From: an uncultured Gemmatimonadota bacterium
Lineage (GTDB): Bacteria; JAAXHH01
Direction of reading: 5' to 3'
DNA: 64,000 bases
NCBI GenBank assembly: GCA_964655785.1
Contig: CAZZNP010000002.1
Location: forward strand, 6,727 to 70,726
Below are positions 1 to 10,448 of the stretch, one piece after another. Position 1 is the stretch's first letter, and the number at the start of each line of letters is the position of its first letter. The notes under the pieces were generated by a model. It saw nothing but the letters and a program-made list of their open reading frames with translations. It was not told the origin of the DNA and searched no databases. The position numbers and the translations under genes are program-made.

Positions 1-12
1 AAAACGACAGGA

Positions 13-3000
13 TTAGGCCGCCACCGGCCACCTGTCGAGGATGTGGTCGAGGACCTCGGCGCGCGGTGCGAATGTCCTGGCGCGATACGAGATGATCTCG
101 ACGGAGCATCCATACTGCCTGAGGACCTGCAGGTCGTTGCCGGCGGGCCCCTCGATCTCGAGCCGGTCCGCGCCCATGACCCTGCGGCGCGCAAGGCGCC
201 AGCCGTTGACCAGGGGGAGCGGATTGCCGCGGCCCATGACGGTGTCATAGGCTTCCGTGCAGCTCATGGAGAAGGATCCGTCCAGGCCGAACGCGGTGCG
301 TACGGCGCGGGCCTGCGTGACGTCCAGCATGCGCCCGATGAGGGCCTCGCCGGTGTCCGCGGTGAGCCTGCGCACCCGAACGTTCTCCTCCGGCAGGCGG
401 TCCCAGACAGGCAACAGCAATCCGGATGCGAGCCAGAAGCGGCTTTCCCGGTATGCCGGAAGAGTCTGGGCCTCCTGGGCCCAAAGAGTGCGCCATGTCG
501 CCTCATCGGCGGGGCGCCAGGTGGAGGCCTCCAGTTCGGCAAGCGGCATGGTGTCCCGGGCCGCGGGCCGGACGAGGCGAACCCGCTGCTGGATCCCGCC
601 GTCGTCGAAGACGTGCGAGGGAGCCGGGATCACCACGGCGGAACGCTGTGAGCGTTCGTTGACGACAAGCCTGGGCGCTGAACCGTCCCGGGCCCCGATG
701 TCCAGGGCGCGATCGGCCGAGGTGGGCTTCAGCTCGTCACGGCGGAGGACCTCAACCAGCTCGGTGGCGGCTCCCGTACCCGGATGGGTGTAGAGAACCT
801 CGCGGCCGGCGATGGCCATGGAACCGGCGCGGATGGTCTCCACGCCGACCTCGAAAGTCCCGGCTTCCATCGCCTGGTCGATGTTCGCGTCGATCCTGGT
901 CTCGAGTTCCGTGAACAGTTCGTTCTGTTCGGCGATCGGGAGCGCCAGCAGCCGGTTCAGAAACCGCGACATCGGCGGCAGGTCCTCGCGGAGCGAACCC
1001 TCGTGCACGAGCTTGAGACCCGTGGCGTTTTCGAAATTCTCCACAGACCACCCGGGAATGCGGCCGAGCCAGAGGGACGAGAAGAACATCCGGAGGGCGG
1101 CCTTGGCGTACAGGCTTTCCAGGTTGTCGCTGGCCCTGAAAAGAGCCCTGTCCCCGCCCATGGCGGTCTGGGAATCCCGCTGGCCGCGCGTAATGGCGCC
1201 GAGACTGTCAAGACGCCTCGCGATCGTGGCGATGAAGCGCCTTTCGCCCTTGACGTCCGTGGTCACGGGTCGGAAGAGAGGCGCCGAAGCCTGGTGGGTG
1301 CGATGGGTGCGGCCCAGTCCCTGGATGGCCTGGTCGGCCCGCCAGCCGGGTTCCAGCAGGTAATGAACGCGGCGCTGAGTGTTCGCGCAGGAAAGATCCG
1401 CGTGGTAGCTGCGGCCGGTGCCGCCGGCCTGGCTGAAGACCAGAATTCTCTTCTTGCCGTCCATGAACGCCGCGGACTCGGAGAGGTTCGCGGACGCCGG
1501 TCGGTTACGAAGCGTCAGCCGCTCGCCCCGGGAATCCGCGATCCTGAGGATCCGGCGGGAGCGCCCGGTGACCTCGGCGACGGCATCGTGGCCGAAGTGC
1601 TGGACGATCCGGTCCAGGGCGGTGGGCACCGGCGGCAGGGAAGCGAGCTTCTCGACCAGGGCGTCACGGCGCTGGACCGCCTCCCGGCAAAGAACGGGGT
1701 TCCCTTCATCGTCGAATACAGGACGTGACAAGAGGTTACCGTTCTCGTCCTCGAAGGGCTCCTGCAGCTGAACCGGAAAACCGTGCTGCAGGAACTCGAT
1801 GACGTTCTCCCGGGGAGTGAGGTCGATATTGAGATCGTCCCACTCGGAGGGCGGGATCTCGGCGATGCGCCGCTCCATGAGCGATTCGCCGGTTGAGACC
1901 AGCTGAATCACGACAGACCTGTCATCATCCAGGTCGGTCTCGATGGCGCGGATGAGGCTGGGGCATTTCATGCCCGTCAGCAAATGCCCGAAGAAACGCT
2001 GTTTCGCGGATTCGAACAGGGAAAGGGCCGACGACTTGGCGGCCTTGTTGCGTGTCGCGTCGTCGTCGACGATCCCGGTGGCCTTCAGGGCCGCCTCGAT
2101 GTTCAGGTGAATCACCTTGAAGGCCTCGGCCCATGAATCGTAGATCCCGCGCTGCGCATCCGACAGCCGGTGTTCCAGGATGTCCACTTCCACGCCATCA
2201 TAGGACAGCGCCCTGGCCTGGTAGAGACCCAGGGCTTTCAGGTCCCGGGAGATCACCTCGAGGGCGGCCACACCGCCCGCCTCCATGGCGGCCACGAAAT
2301 CGGTCCTCGTCTCGAACGGCGTGTCCCCTGAAGCCCAAAGTCCCAGCCTGCCGGCGTATGCAAGACCGGGCACCGTGGTGGCGCCGGTGGCGGAGACGTA
2401 AGCGACCCGGGCATCGGGCAGCGCGTGCTGCAGCCTGAGGCCGGCGCGTCCCTGCTGGGAGGGCGCCACATCGCCCCTGTTGCCCTTGCCGCCTGCGGCA
2501 TTCGCCATCGCGTGAGCCTCGTCGAAGATCACAAGGCCGTCGAAGGAATGACGGGCCTCCTCATCCAGGCTGCCGGCGAGCCACTGCACGACCTGTTCCA
2601 GCCTGGAGGGCTTGTCCATGCGGGCCGGGGAACGCAGGGTAGAGTATGTGGCGAAAAGTATCCCCTCTCCATAGGGGATCATGTCCCCCTGGCGAAACCG
2701 CCCCAGGGGGATGACGTCGTCCGCCCTGCCGCCGAGAGAACACCAGTCCCTGCGGGCGTCCTCGAGGAGCTTGTCGGACAGGGAGAGCCAGAGCGCCCTC
2801 TTCCTGCCGCGGAGCCAGTTGTCGAGCAGGATGCCGGCGACCTGCCGGCCCTTCCCCGCCCCCGTTCCGTCCCCGAGCATCCAGCCGCGGCGGAACCGGA
2901 CCGGTGAAGACATTTTTTCATCTTCAGGACCAACCCCGTTACAGCTGGCATCTTCCGCATGGGAGCCTGTGGCTTCAGCACTCAAAAGAGTCTCCCAGCC

Positions 3001-4611
3001 GGAGCCGATCCGGATGCTGCGGTCGAGATGGCCGGAGAAGGCTTCGCCGGCGAGCACGACGCTTTCGAGTTGGGCGTCGGACAGAAGGCCTTCGGCGACC
3101 ACACGGTTCGGGAGTATGGGCCGGTAGGATGGGGCTGGATGGCATACGGCCGCCATGGCGCCGGACTGGACCAGGGGGGTCGGGTGTTCCACGGCGCCCG
3201 GGATCCGGACGGCGCCGGGACGCCATGCGGCGTAGGGGCCACTCCCGGAATCATCGGAAACATCGTCCCGGGAAACTGAAAAACCGGTATCGATTGTAAG
3301 TTCCGATACAGCGCCCCAGTCATGGGGAGTCCGCGGTGCGCCTCGAGTGCCGGCAACTCGCCGCGTTCCGGCACCGGTGCGAGATGTCGGCCGAGCTGCC
3401 GGCGGCATGGCCGGCCGGCCGAAGATGTCCGAATTGACCGGCTCCAGGGAAATACGATTCGGAACCCGGGAGATGACCGCCTCGAGGAGCTCGGCGGCAT
3501 CGGTGACGCGCTCCAGGGGATCGATATCGATGTTTGGCTCATCGCACCGGTCGAGGACCGTGAGCCTGGTTTCGACACTGGTGCCGCGCCTGGCATAGGC
3601 ACGACCGTCGATCGCGACGGACAATACGGTCCGCGCGGATCCTTCTCCGGCCGGCAGGGTGGAAAATGCGTTCTTCCAGTCTTCCCCTGCAGGGCTGCAA
3701 CCCGAGGACGTAAGAGCGACAAGTCGCCCGCCGGCGGGGAGCATGGAAAACGCGGACCGGATGTGGCGGAGGTCTGCATCGCTGCGGGTTCTGGATATAC
3801 CGGGCGACGTCGAGAACGGCGGATTCATGACGACGACGGAAGGCCGGACATCAGGCAGATAATCCGCCATGGATTCGGCATTGTGACGGCTTACGCGCGA
3901 TTCCGGAAAGAGAAGCGAAAGAACACCGGCGCGGACCGGGGCGAGCTCGTTCAGCACGAGCGCCCCGTGTGCCCGTCTACCCATGGCGCATTCGGCCAGG
4001 ATGGCCAGTATTCCGGTGCCCGCGGAAGGCTCCAGCACGACGTCGCCCGGGCGGACCGCCGCGGCCTTGAGAACGGCAAATGCCAGGGAAAGCGGCGTGG
4101 AGAACTGCTGCAGTCGGACCTGGTCCTGGCTGCGCCTGGTGTGGGAAGGCTCGAGGCCGGAGAGACTGTCCAGCATACGGAAGAGCTTCCTGGCACCTTC
4201 AGGGCCTTCACCCGCGGCTTCGGACATGGATGGCCAGTATTGGCGGAGAAAGAGCACCACGGAGGCCTCAGCGGCCTCGTAGGCGTCCTTCCAGAGCCAG
4301 GCGCCGGTGTCGTCGCCGGCGCCAAAGGCCTCGGTCATGGTGTCGCGAAGGATACGGCCGTCCAGGGGGCTGCCTGATTCGAGGATGGGAAGAAGGGACT
4401 GTGCGGCCGAGAACAGTACGGATGCCTTGTCCGGCGCCTGTGCGGTCCGGTCGCCGGAATTCGAAAAGATATCGGACACGGGCAATGCGGCCGTGCCGGA
4501 CAGTTGTTCGGGTTGATACATGAAACGCTCCTGTAGCTTCTGATTGATGAAAAACCGGATCAGAAGGAAAACTCCCTCGAATCCGGCCGGATCAATCTCT
4601 GGAAGAAACAC
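13..4611 (-). CDS. N6-adenine DNA methyltransferase fused to a DEAH-box (strawberry-notch-like) helicase. An alternative start at 4521 (MYQPEQLSG) is possible.
   Basis: SAM-binding motif VLEPSAGTGILAILAE and catalytic motif VVMNPPF lie in the N-terminal third. Helicase Walker A GDGTGAGKGRQ, DEAH box LVIFDEAHAM and motif VI QGLGRTHRTHQ follow downstream. A 1532-aa single ORF with consistent codon usage. Confidence 0.8.
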   Translation of the reverse strand: MFLPEIDPAGFEGVFLLIRFFINQKLQERFMYQPEQLSGTAALPVSDIFSNSGDRTAQAPDKASVLFSAAQSLLPILESGSPLDGRILRDTMTEAFGAGDDTGAWLWKDAYEAAEASVVLFLRQYWPSMSEAAGEGPEGARKLFRMLDSLSGLEPSHTRRSQDQVRLQQFSTPLSLAFAVLKAAAVRPGDVVLEPSAGTGILAILAECAMGRRAHGALVLNELAPVRAGVLSLLFPESRVSRHNAESMADYLPDVRPSVVVMNPPFSTSPGISRTRSDADLRHIRSAFSMLPAGGRLVALTSSGCSPAGEDWKNAFSTLPAGEGSARTVLSVAIDGRAYARRGTSVETRLTVLDRCDEPNIDIDPLERVTDAAELLEAVISRVPNRISLEPVNSDIFGRPAMPPAARPTSRTGAGTRRVAGTRGAPRTPHDWGAVSELTIDTGFSVSRDDVSDDSGSGPYAAWRPGAVRIPGAVEHPTPLVQSGAMAAVCHPAPSYRPILPNRVVAEGLLSDAQLESVVLAGEAFSGHLDRSIRIGSGWETLLSAEATGSHAEDASCNGVGPEDEKMSSPVRFRRGWMLGDGTGAGKGRQVAGILLDNWLRGRKRALWLSLSDKLLEDARRDWCSLGGRADDVIPLGRFRQGDMIPYGEGILFATYSTLRSPARMDKPSRLEQVVQWLAGSLDEEARHSFDGLVIFDEAHAMANAAGGKGNRGDVAPSQQGRAGLRLQHALPDARVAYVSATGATTVPGLAYAGRLGLWASGDTPFETRTDFVAAMEAGGVAALEVISRDLKALGLYQARALSYDGVEVDILEHRLSDAQRGIYDSWAEAFKVIHLNIEAALKATGIVDDDATRNKAAKSSALSLFESAKQRFFGHLLTGMKCPSLIRAIETDLDDDRSVVIQLVSTGESLMERRIAEIPPSEWDDLNIDLTPRENVIEFLQHGFPVQLQEPFEDENGNLLSRPVFDDEGNPVLCREAVQRRDALVEKLASLPPVPTALDRIVQHFGHDAVAEVTGRSRRILRIADSRGERLTLRNRPASANLSESAAFMDGKKRILVFSQAGGTGRSYHADLSCANTQRRVHYLLEPGWRADQAIQGLGRTHRTHQASAPLFRPVTTDVKGERRFIATIARRLDSLGAITRGQRDSQTAMGGDRALFRASDNLESLYAKAALRMFFSSLWLGRIPGWSVENFENATGLKLVHEGSLREDLPPMSRFLNRLLALPIAEQNELFTELETRIDANIDQAMEAGTFEVGVETIRAGSMAIAGREVLYTHPGTGAATELVEVLRRDELKPTSADRALDIGARDGSAPRLVVNERSQRSAVVIPAPSHVFDDGGIQQRVRLVRPAARDTMPLAELEASTWRPADEATWRTLWAQEAQTLPAYRESRFWLASGLLLPVWDRLPEENVRVRRLTADTGEALIGRMLDVTQARAVRTAFGLDGSFSMSCTEAYDTVMGRGNPLPLVNGWRLARRRVMGADRLEIEGPAGNDLQVLRQYGCSVEIISYRARTFAPRAEVLDHILDRWPVAA

Positions 4612-4646
4612 TCCACTCTGAATCGGTGGAGCGGCGGGATAAAAAC

Positions 4647-5030
4647 TCAGGGCGCCCGGGACTTCAGCCGGAAGGCGAAGATGTCGAGAACGTCCTGGGA
4701 CAGCGTAATTCCGCTCGAATGGCGGGCCGCTTCGGCGTACACGGATATCGGTTGGGACGGCCTGAAATACAGGTCACGCTGGATGGCGATGCCGAACCTT
4801 CCCTTGAACTTTTCGACCTCGGAAACATGGATCGTCCCCAGCTCAGGACAACCGAAGCCGAGATCGACCAGACCGTGGGCGATATCGGGGTCCGCCGGAT
4901 CAAGCCAGGCGATCAGCCACGTGGCCGGACCGGCCGGATCGAACAGACGGACCACCGGATGGTGGTCCGCATCGGGTTTCGCACCGTTCCTGAGCAGCTG
5001 CTCGCGCTGCTCGTCCGTGATCAGCTTCAT
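4647..5030 (-). CDS. DUF2958-family protein (plasmid/ICE-associated)
   Basis: MKLITDEQREQLLRNG...PVVRLFDPAGPATWLIAWLDP...GLVDLGFGCPELG pattern typical of DUF2958. 4-nt overlap with the upstream gene. Confidence 0.65.
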   Translation of the reverse strand: MKLITDEQREQLLRNGAKPDADHHPVVRLFDPAGPATWLIAWLDPADPDIAHGLVDLGFGCPELGTIHVSEVEKFKGRFGIAIQRDLYFRPSQPISVYAEAARHSSGITLSQDVLDIFAFRLKSRAP

Positions 5031-6820
5031 GACGTCGCCTCCTCCGGACCGGCATCCACCAGGTCCACGATGACCTTGCGGCCGCGTATCATGACGTCGG
5101 CGTTCACTCCGCCCGGGAACAGCCAGGTGACTTCCCTGCGGATAGCTTCGACGACCGTCTGCCGGCGGGCCTCCTCGTCATTAACCAGCAGGCGCGTGGC
5201 CAGGTGCACCGCTTCCTGTGTGGTCACCTCTTCCTGGCGCTCGCGGGAATCCGCGTCGACGTCGTCGGAGGGACAGAAGAATGTGTCCACGATGAGGTCG
5301 GCCAGGTCGAAGGGAGTGATCTCGCTGGATGAAGTCACGAGTGGCAGGCTGTCGTTCACCCATGCATCCGAACCGGAGGCAAATGCCACATCCGTGCTGA
5401 GATAGATCACGGGATTCCCACTGTCGACGGTGACGCCGACGCAGATTGCGTCGGGCCGGTCCGGAAGACGCCCTTCGTGAGATCCGTCGAATTCCGGAAT
5501 CGGGTAATCCTCGAGGCGGTATGACTGGCCCTTCAGCGTGACCTCGAAACGGATCTCCGTGATCCTGGCCAGGCGGTCGTACCACCCGTAACCCTCCAGG
5601 CGCCTGTTCGGCCGGAAGATCCTGTCCGCGATGCCGCCGCGTTCCGCGGCGCGCCAGAAGGCCTGCGCATGGTGCGGATCCATGTCGAAATCCATGAGCA
5701 GCGAGTCGGGGCCGATCGCCCGGGCAGCGGTACCGTCGTACCTTCGGTCGATATCCGCTGGGTCCGGACGCCACGGTAGGAGCTCGGCCGGCGGCTGGGG
5801 AATGTCGATGCCGGCCTCGCTGGCGCGATTCCAGTCCTCGAACGAGGGACGAGGATCGGGATCCCTGGACATGGCGCGATAGATCGCAAGCAAGGCCTTT
5901 TCACGGACCGTGTCCAGGAAGGGGGTCTGGACGGCCTCTCGCCGGGCCGGGAGCACGAGCTCGAGATCGGGACAGTGCGTGATATCGAGACGAACGGACC
6001 AGGGCCTTCTTTCCAGGGAATCGACAGACGGCAGCTGCAGGGGGAGCGTGAGCCCGTGGAAGTTCGTGTCGTGCTCGTGGCGCCCAAAGCGGTGCGTACG
6101 GAACACGCCGAAGTAAAGGCCGTCAAAGTGTTCGACGTGAATGCAGTTGTCGAGGTACATCTTGTTCACCAGGACCAGGCTTTTCGGCTCATACCCGGTG
6201 AGGTCGATGAATCGCACGGGCAGCGGGTAGTAATCCGCCGCCGGCCGAACGGCCTGAAGAACCGTATGGTGCATGTCCGGGAGGTTCTTCTCGACAGCGA
6301 AGGAAACCCTGGTGCCGGACCGCAGGGGTGCGTCGTCATCGGCTTCGACCGGGGCCTCGGACTGGCCCGAGAAATGCTCCGGAGTGAGACTGACGCGCCA
6401 TCCGGGCGCCGACGCCTCGACGTCGCTCATCGGGCGGGATACGACCGTGCAGCCGCGGCGGGCCAGGCTGAGAAAGCCCATGCCGGCGGCATCCTCGGAC
6501 TCGACCAGGCTGCAGCGCCAGCCGTTCTGGCCGTAGGAAAGGAGGACCGACGGATCCGCGATGCCAATGCCGTCGTCGGAAACGGTGACGATACAGGTGG
6601 AGTCGTCCGGACCGTTGGACAGGGTGACCTCTACCGTGACGGCGGATGCGCGGCGGGCGTTCTGGAACAGTTCGACGAAGATCTCGTCGATCGAGGCGGA
6701 ATACATGCGCGTGACGCGCTGGATCGCCTTGTCGTGGACCCGGGCGCGGATCCGCTCAGGGATAGGGGAAACTTGCGTATTCATGGAATTCTCCGTTGTT
6801 GAAATGAAAGGCTTGACCAC
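5027..6820 (-). CDS. GHKL-superfamily (Hsp90/MORC/sacsin-like HATPase_c) ATPase domain protein
   Basis: Bergerat-fold N-box IFVELFQNARRA and G1 box VSDDGIGI near the N-terminus. 597-aa ORF. Confidence 0.55.
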   Translation of the reverse strand: MVKPFISTTENSMNTQVSPIPERIRARVHDKAIQRVTRMYSASIDEIFVELFQNARRASAVTVEVTLSNGPDDSTCIVTVSDDGIGIADPSVLLSYGQNGWRCSLVESEDAAGMGFLSLARRGCTVVSRPMSDVEASAPGWRVSLTPEHFSGQSEAPVEADDDAPLRSGTRVSFAVEKNLPDMHHTVLQAVRPAADYYPLPVRFIDLTGYEPKSLVLVNKMYLDNCIHVEHFDGLYFGVFRTHRFGRHEHDTNFHGLTLPLQLPSVDSLERRPWSVRLDITHCPDLELVLPARREAVQTPFLDTVREKALLAIYRAMSRDPDPRPSFEDWNRASEAGIDIPQPPAELLPWRPDPADIDRRYDGTAARAIGPDSLLMDFDMDPHHAQAFWRAAERGGIADRIFRPNRRLEGYGWYDRLARITEIRFEVTLKGQSYRLEDYPIPEFDGSHEGRLPDRPDAICVGVTVDSGNPVIYLSTDVAFASGSDAWVNDSLPLVTSSSEITPFDLADLIVDTFFCPSDDVDADSRERQEEVTTQEAVHLATRLLVNDEEARRQTVVEAIRREVTWLFPGGVNADVMIRGRKVIVDLVDAGPEEATS

Positions 6821-6860
6821 TCTCTGTCATGGCCATGTCCATTACCCGATCGGGAACCCT

Positions 6861-7621
6861 TTACCTCTTCTGTTGCCGATGCCTGTGAATCCTGCCGCCC
6901 AGGGACTCGCCGGCGAAGAAAGTCCAGCCGGTATCGGTCTCCACACTGGAGATTTCGGCAAGGAGTTCCGGGTGATGGATTGCACCGTTGACCAGGTCAT
7001 CGCCACAGCCCATGATGCAGAACACGCAGGATTTGCGGCGGTTGGGGACGGCGGGTTCCGTATAGATCCAGAATGGCCGTTGCCCGAATGCGCGTATCGT
7101 GCGGAAGACCTCCCCCTCGGAGAGTTGGTGAATGGGAAGCCACTCATAAACTGTCCTGCCGGCAGCGGACAGGCGGGTGTGTATCGACCAGTCGGGTCTC
7201 CTGCTCCGATTGGAGGATTCCTCCGCCCTGAAGCCGACACAGCTGACCGCGAGAAACAGGCCTCGGCTGCGAAGGTCCTGGCGGATGAACCGTTCGATGG
7301 GTCCGCGCTTGAGATCACTGGTGCACTGGCGGTATCGCGGGGATGGCCAGCACGGCACATTCGGGTTCTTCCTGGCGCGGTCGCGTACCATCTCGAGGAA
7401 ATTTCTCCTGGCCCGGACCACGTGGAGCTTCTGCGAAATGTTCGACCGGATGTGCTCCAGGGTGCCGGGCCATTCCACATGGCCGAGGTCAGCGTGTACC
7501 ACCACGACCTGGTCATGGGGCACGAGCCGGCTGACCCGGGCATACATGGCTTGGCTGTCCTTGCCGCCGGAATGGGAGATATAGAAGATCGCCCCCGCAT
7601 CGATGAGCTCCTGCAGTGTCA
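6861..7621 (-). CDS. PAPS-reductase-family PP-loop ATPase (IbrA/DndC-like, short form)
   Basis: PP-loop motif ISHSGGKDSQ. The internal Met at 7621 is preceded by a GGAGG RBS, so the ORF-track N-terminal extension to 7805 is probably not translated. Confidence 0.75.
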
Positions 7622-7864
7622 TCTCACTGCCTCCCTGGGGCCGTTGATGACAGCGGCGACAGCCAGGTGTTTGCGGTCGGCAGTGGCGCGGTGGGTGGCC
7701 TTGCCGCGATCGTCCGTGAGCCAGGCGGTCCATTTGCCGCGGACGAACCCGCGATGCGGATTGGCGATCTGCCACTGATAGACGGATCCCGACCGATTGC
7801 CGCAAACCCAGGAATAGTCACGGCCCTTGCATTTGCGGCGGGTGTAGCGGATTTTCATTCTCAT
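7619..7864 (-). CDS. Small Cys-containing hypothetical protein, translationally coupled to the PAPS-reductase-like gene
   Basis: Strong AGGAGG RBS 6 nt upstream of the ATG at 7864. The stop overlaps the start of the next gene (ATGA). Confidence 0.45.
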   Translation of the reverse strand: MRMKIRYTRRKCKGRDYSWVCGNRSGSVYQWQIANPHRGFVRGKWTAWLTDDRGKATHRATADRKHLAVAAVINGPREAVR

Positions 7865-8259
7865 GGTGTCCTCCTGTGTCGGGTGGTCGTAAAAAAGCCG
7901 GCGCATGTGCGCCGGCCCTGGAAGGGAAATGTGAGTCGATCGTCAGTGAAGCCTGGTTGATCCGGCTGCCTGACGGTTCCTGCGCAATGACCTGGCGACG
8001 AACCGGGTCCACTGGTCGCGGGACAGTCCGAGCCTGGCATTGAACCGGTCACAGACCGTTTCAGCGGTCTTCAGGTTCAGGGCGATCAGTGAAGTCGGTA
8101 TCGAACCGGGCATACCGTCGACGAAGATCCGGATCTGCTGGGTCTCGCCGGGCGGCCCTGCCCCATAGTCGGGGCTGAAGCAGAAGTTGGGGATCGCCGG
8201 CAAATCATGTGTGTTGGTTTCCATGGGAATCACCTGCATGTTCGTTGGATGGGAATAAG

Positions 8260-8277
8260 GGGGCGGATGCCCGCCCC
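8260..8277 (-). terminator. Possible weak intrinsic terminator downstream of the ParB-like gene
   Basis: GGGGCGG-atgc-CCGCCCC hairpin followed on the minus strand by a short TTATT stretch, ~45 nt after the ParB-like stop. Confidence 0.25.
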
Positions 8278-8318
8278 TGGGGGGGGACGGGCACCGTAAC
8301 TTCAGAACCTGAAAGGAA

Positions 8319-10448
8319 TCAGTCGCCTTCGGCGAGAAACCCGGGAAGCTCCCTGGGTTCCGCTTCAGACGAAAGATCCGAATCGGGTTCCGAATCGGAT
8401 GAACCGGAGAATGCCTGGAATCCCGGCATGGTCCACCCAAGGGCAGCCGCGTGCTGCGCGGCGGTGAGGCCGGCGGAAGCACCGCCGTCATCGCTTTCGG
8501 AGAAAGCCTTCTCCATCGCCGCCGCGAGGTCCGCCTTGCGGTACTTCGAGCGGTCCTGGGCCCAGGTTCCCCCCAGGGTCTCGCCGGCGATCGCGAGGAG
8601 CTGGTCCTTGCGCAGGCGCGACCACAGCATGTCCGCGGTGGGCCGCACTTCCCTGGCGAAGTCGATGTCCAGCCGTGCGACGGTAGCCTCCAGTTCCGGG
8701 CGGTTGCCATACTCGAACGAGAGCTGGCCCTTCACGGTCCGGGCGACGGCCGCGGCGAACAGAGCTTCCTTCTTCTCCCGGGAGAGCTTCCGGAAAGCGG
8801 CGAAGCGTGCCCCGTCATCTTCCTCCTCCATCCAGTCAAGGGACAGCGAGGAAATGTCGTCGAGGGCGTCCTCGGAAGGACTCCAGGATGCGAAATCGTC
8901 ATGGTTCATCCTGACCATGGGCCGTTCGGCCGTGGGCCTGAAGGAAATGTCGAGAGCATCCCGATAAGCGCCATGGGCGTGATCGAACACGGCCCTGGCT
9001 GACTGGAACACCGCGAGGTCGAAGGCCGCCCCGAAGTCACCGGCGAGGTGGAACTTGACGATCCCCGCGCGGATGGCGCGGAGGTCATCGGCCAGGCCGA
9101 TGCCGACCCCGGCTTCCTCCCGCGCCCTCGCGCTGGGATTGGAACTCCTGGCTGAGCCGGATGGCGGCAGGATCGTGGTGTCGCCATCTTCGTTTGCATC
9201 GCCGGCATGATCGCCGCCATTCGCTGCAGAGCGATTGGGCTTCTTCTCTTCCGGTGTCGGCAGATCCTCGACCCTGACGAGACCCGAGATGACCTTGAGC
9301 TCCCCATCGCGGTCGATGGTGACGATGCAGCCTCCGATCGAGAGATCCTGCTTGCGGAATTTGGCGCGTTTCGCAATCCGTTCACGGATGGCGTCCACGC
9401 GGTTCTCCAGCTTTTCAGCCTCGTCCTCCAGCTTGTCGGTCCATTCGTCGTCCGGGATATCGGAGAGTTCGTCCATGCGGGCATTGATGCTCGCGAGGTC
9501 GGATTCTTCCTTCGCCGTGGGCTTGCCCGGCTCGGGCTCGATGCGGCCGTACTGATAGGTGGCGTTCCAGTCCACCTCCAGCATCGGCAATGCCCACTTC
9601 CACTTCGTGGCCAGTTCATCGGCCGCCGCCGTCAGTTTCTTCATGGCGAGGTCATTGAGCAGCGCCGGGTCATCGAACCATTCGCCGGATTCGTCCTCCT
9701 CGGCGAACAGGTCCCGCATGACCGGGCCGCCGGCGGCGACGTAGTCGTCCATACCGACGAACCGCGCCACGGATGAAGCGGAAGAAACACGCTCTTCGGT
9801 GAGCATCCGCCGGATCTGCCAGGCCGTGGGCCGGTAACTCTCGGCCGAGATCTGGTTCCAGACTGTCAACTGGCGATCCTGGTCGGTGGTCATGGCGAAT
9901 GCCTTCAACGCGGCCAGGTCCATCTCGCCGGCACGGTAGGCGTCGAGAAGTGCAGGAGCGGCATTGCCGAGCCGGAGACGCTGTTCCACGGTATTCTCGG
10001 AAATGCCGAAGCGGGCGGCGATGGTCGCCACGGTGGCTCCCTCCTGCATCAGCTTTGCGAACGAAACCACCTGATCGGCCGGGTGCATGGCCACACGAAC
10101 GACGTTTTCGGCCAGGGAAAGCTCGCTGGCGTCGTCGTTGTCCACGACCAGGCAGGGAACAGGCCGGTTCCTGGCGAAGCCACCGGCCGCGGCGATCGCG
10201 TTGAGCGCCTTGAGGCGGCGACCGCCGGCGATCACGGCGAACTTGCCCTTGGACCGGGATCCGGATTCAGGCCGGACGACCAGATTCTCGAGGAGTCCGT
10301 GCGCCTTGATGGAAGCCTCGAGTTCCGCGTGGGCGGCCTTGTCGGCCGAGGTTTTTCGCACGTTCTCAGGGGCGAGGACGAGCTGGTTAAGGGGGATTGT
10401 CCGGATGGCCTGTTCGGCCGCGGACGCGGTAGAAGAGTTGGATTTCAT
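8319..10448 (-). CDS. parB: ParB-like nuclease/partition-domain protein (large ICE-type ParB)
   Basis: N-terminal ParB/sulfiredoxin motifs LNQLVLAPENVRK, GLLENLVVRP and FAVIAGGRRLKAL. 709 aa. Confidence 0.8.
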   Translation of the reverse strand: MKSNSSTASAAEQAIRTIPLNQLVLAPENVRKTSADKAAHAELEASIKAHGLLENLVVRPESGSRSKGKFAVIAGGRRLKALNAIAAAGGFARNRPVPCLVVDNDDASELSLAENVVRVAMHPADQVVSFAKLMQEGATVATIAARFGISENTVEQRLRLGNAAPALLDAYRAGEMDLAALKAFAMTTDQDRQLTVWNQISAESYRPTAWQIRRMLTEERVSSASSVARFVGMDDYVAAGGPVMRDLFAEEDESGEWFDDPALLNDLAMKKLTAAADELATKWKWALPMLEVDWNATYQYGRIEPEPGKPTAKEESDLASINARMDELSDIPDDEWTDKLEDEAEKLENRVDAIRERIAKRAKFRKQDLSIGGCIVTIDRDGELKVISGLVRVEDLPTPEEKKPNRSAANGGDHAGDANEDGDTTILPPSGSARSSNPSARAREEAGVGIGLADDLRAIRAGIVKFHLAGDFGAAFDLAVFQSARAVFDHAHGAYRDALDISFRPTAERPMVRMNHDDFASWSPSEDALDDISSLSLDWMEEEDDGARFAAFRKLSREKKEALFAAAVARTVKGQLSFEYGNRPELEATVARLDIDFAREVRPTADMLWSRLRKDQLLAIAGETLGGTWAQDRSKYRKADLAAAMEKAFSESDDGGASAGLTAAQHAAALGWTMPGFQAFSGSSDSEPDSDLSSEAEPRELPGFLAEGD

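Noticed and set aside
2982-3779. Long antisense or alternative-frame ORFs inside high-G+C genes (also 13478-14170, 34453-35418, 36989-38137, 39248-40378, 40902-42611, 41503-42261, 50901-52406, 53776-55176, 57748-59544, 59144-59881, 8209-8967 and 7943-8710)
   Set aside because: These are typical stop-codon-poor shadow frames of high-G+C DNA: Arg/Pro/Gly-rich, with no motifs, overlapping motif-bearing genes on the other strand or frame.
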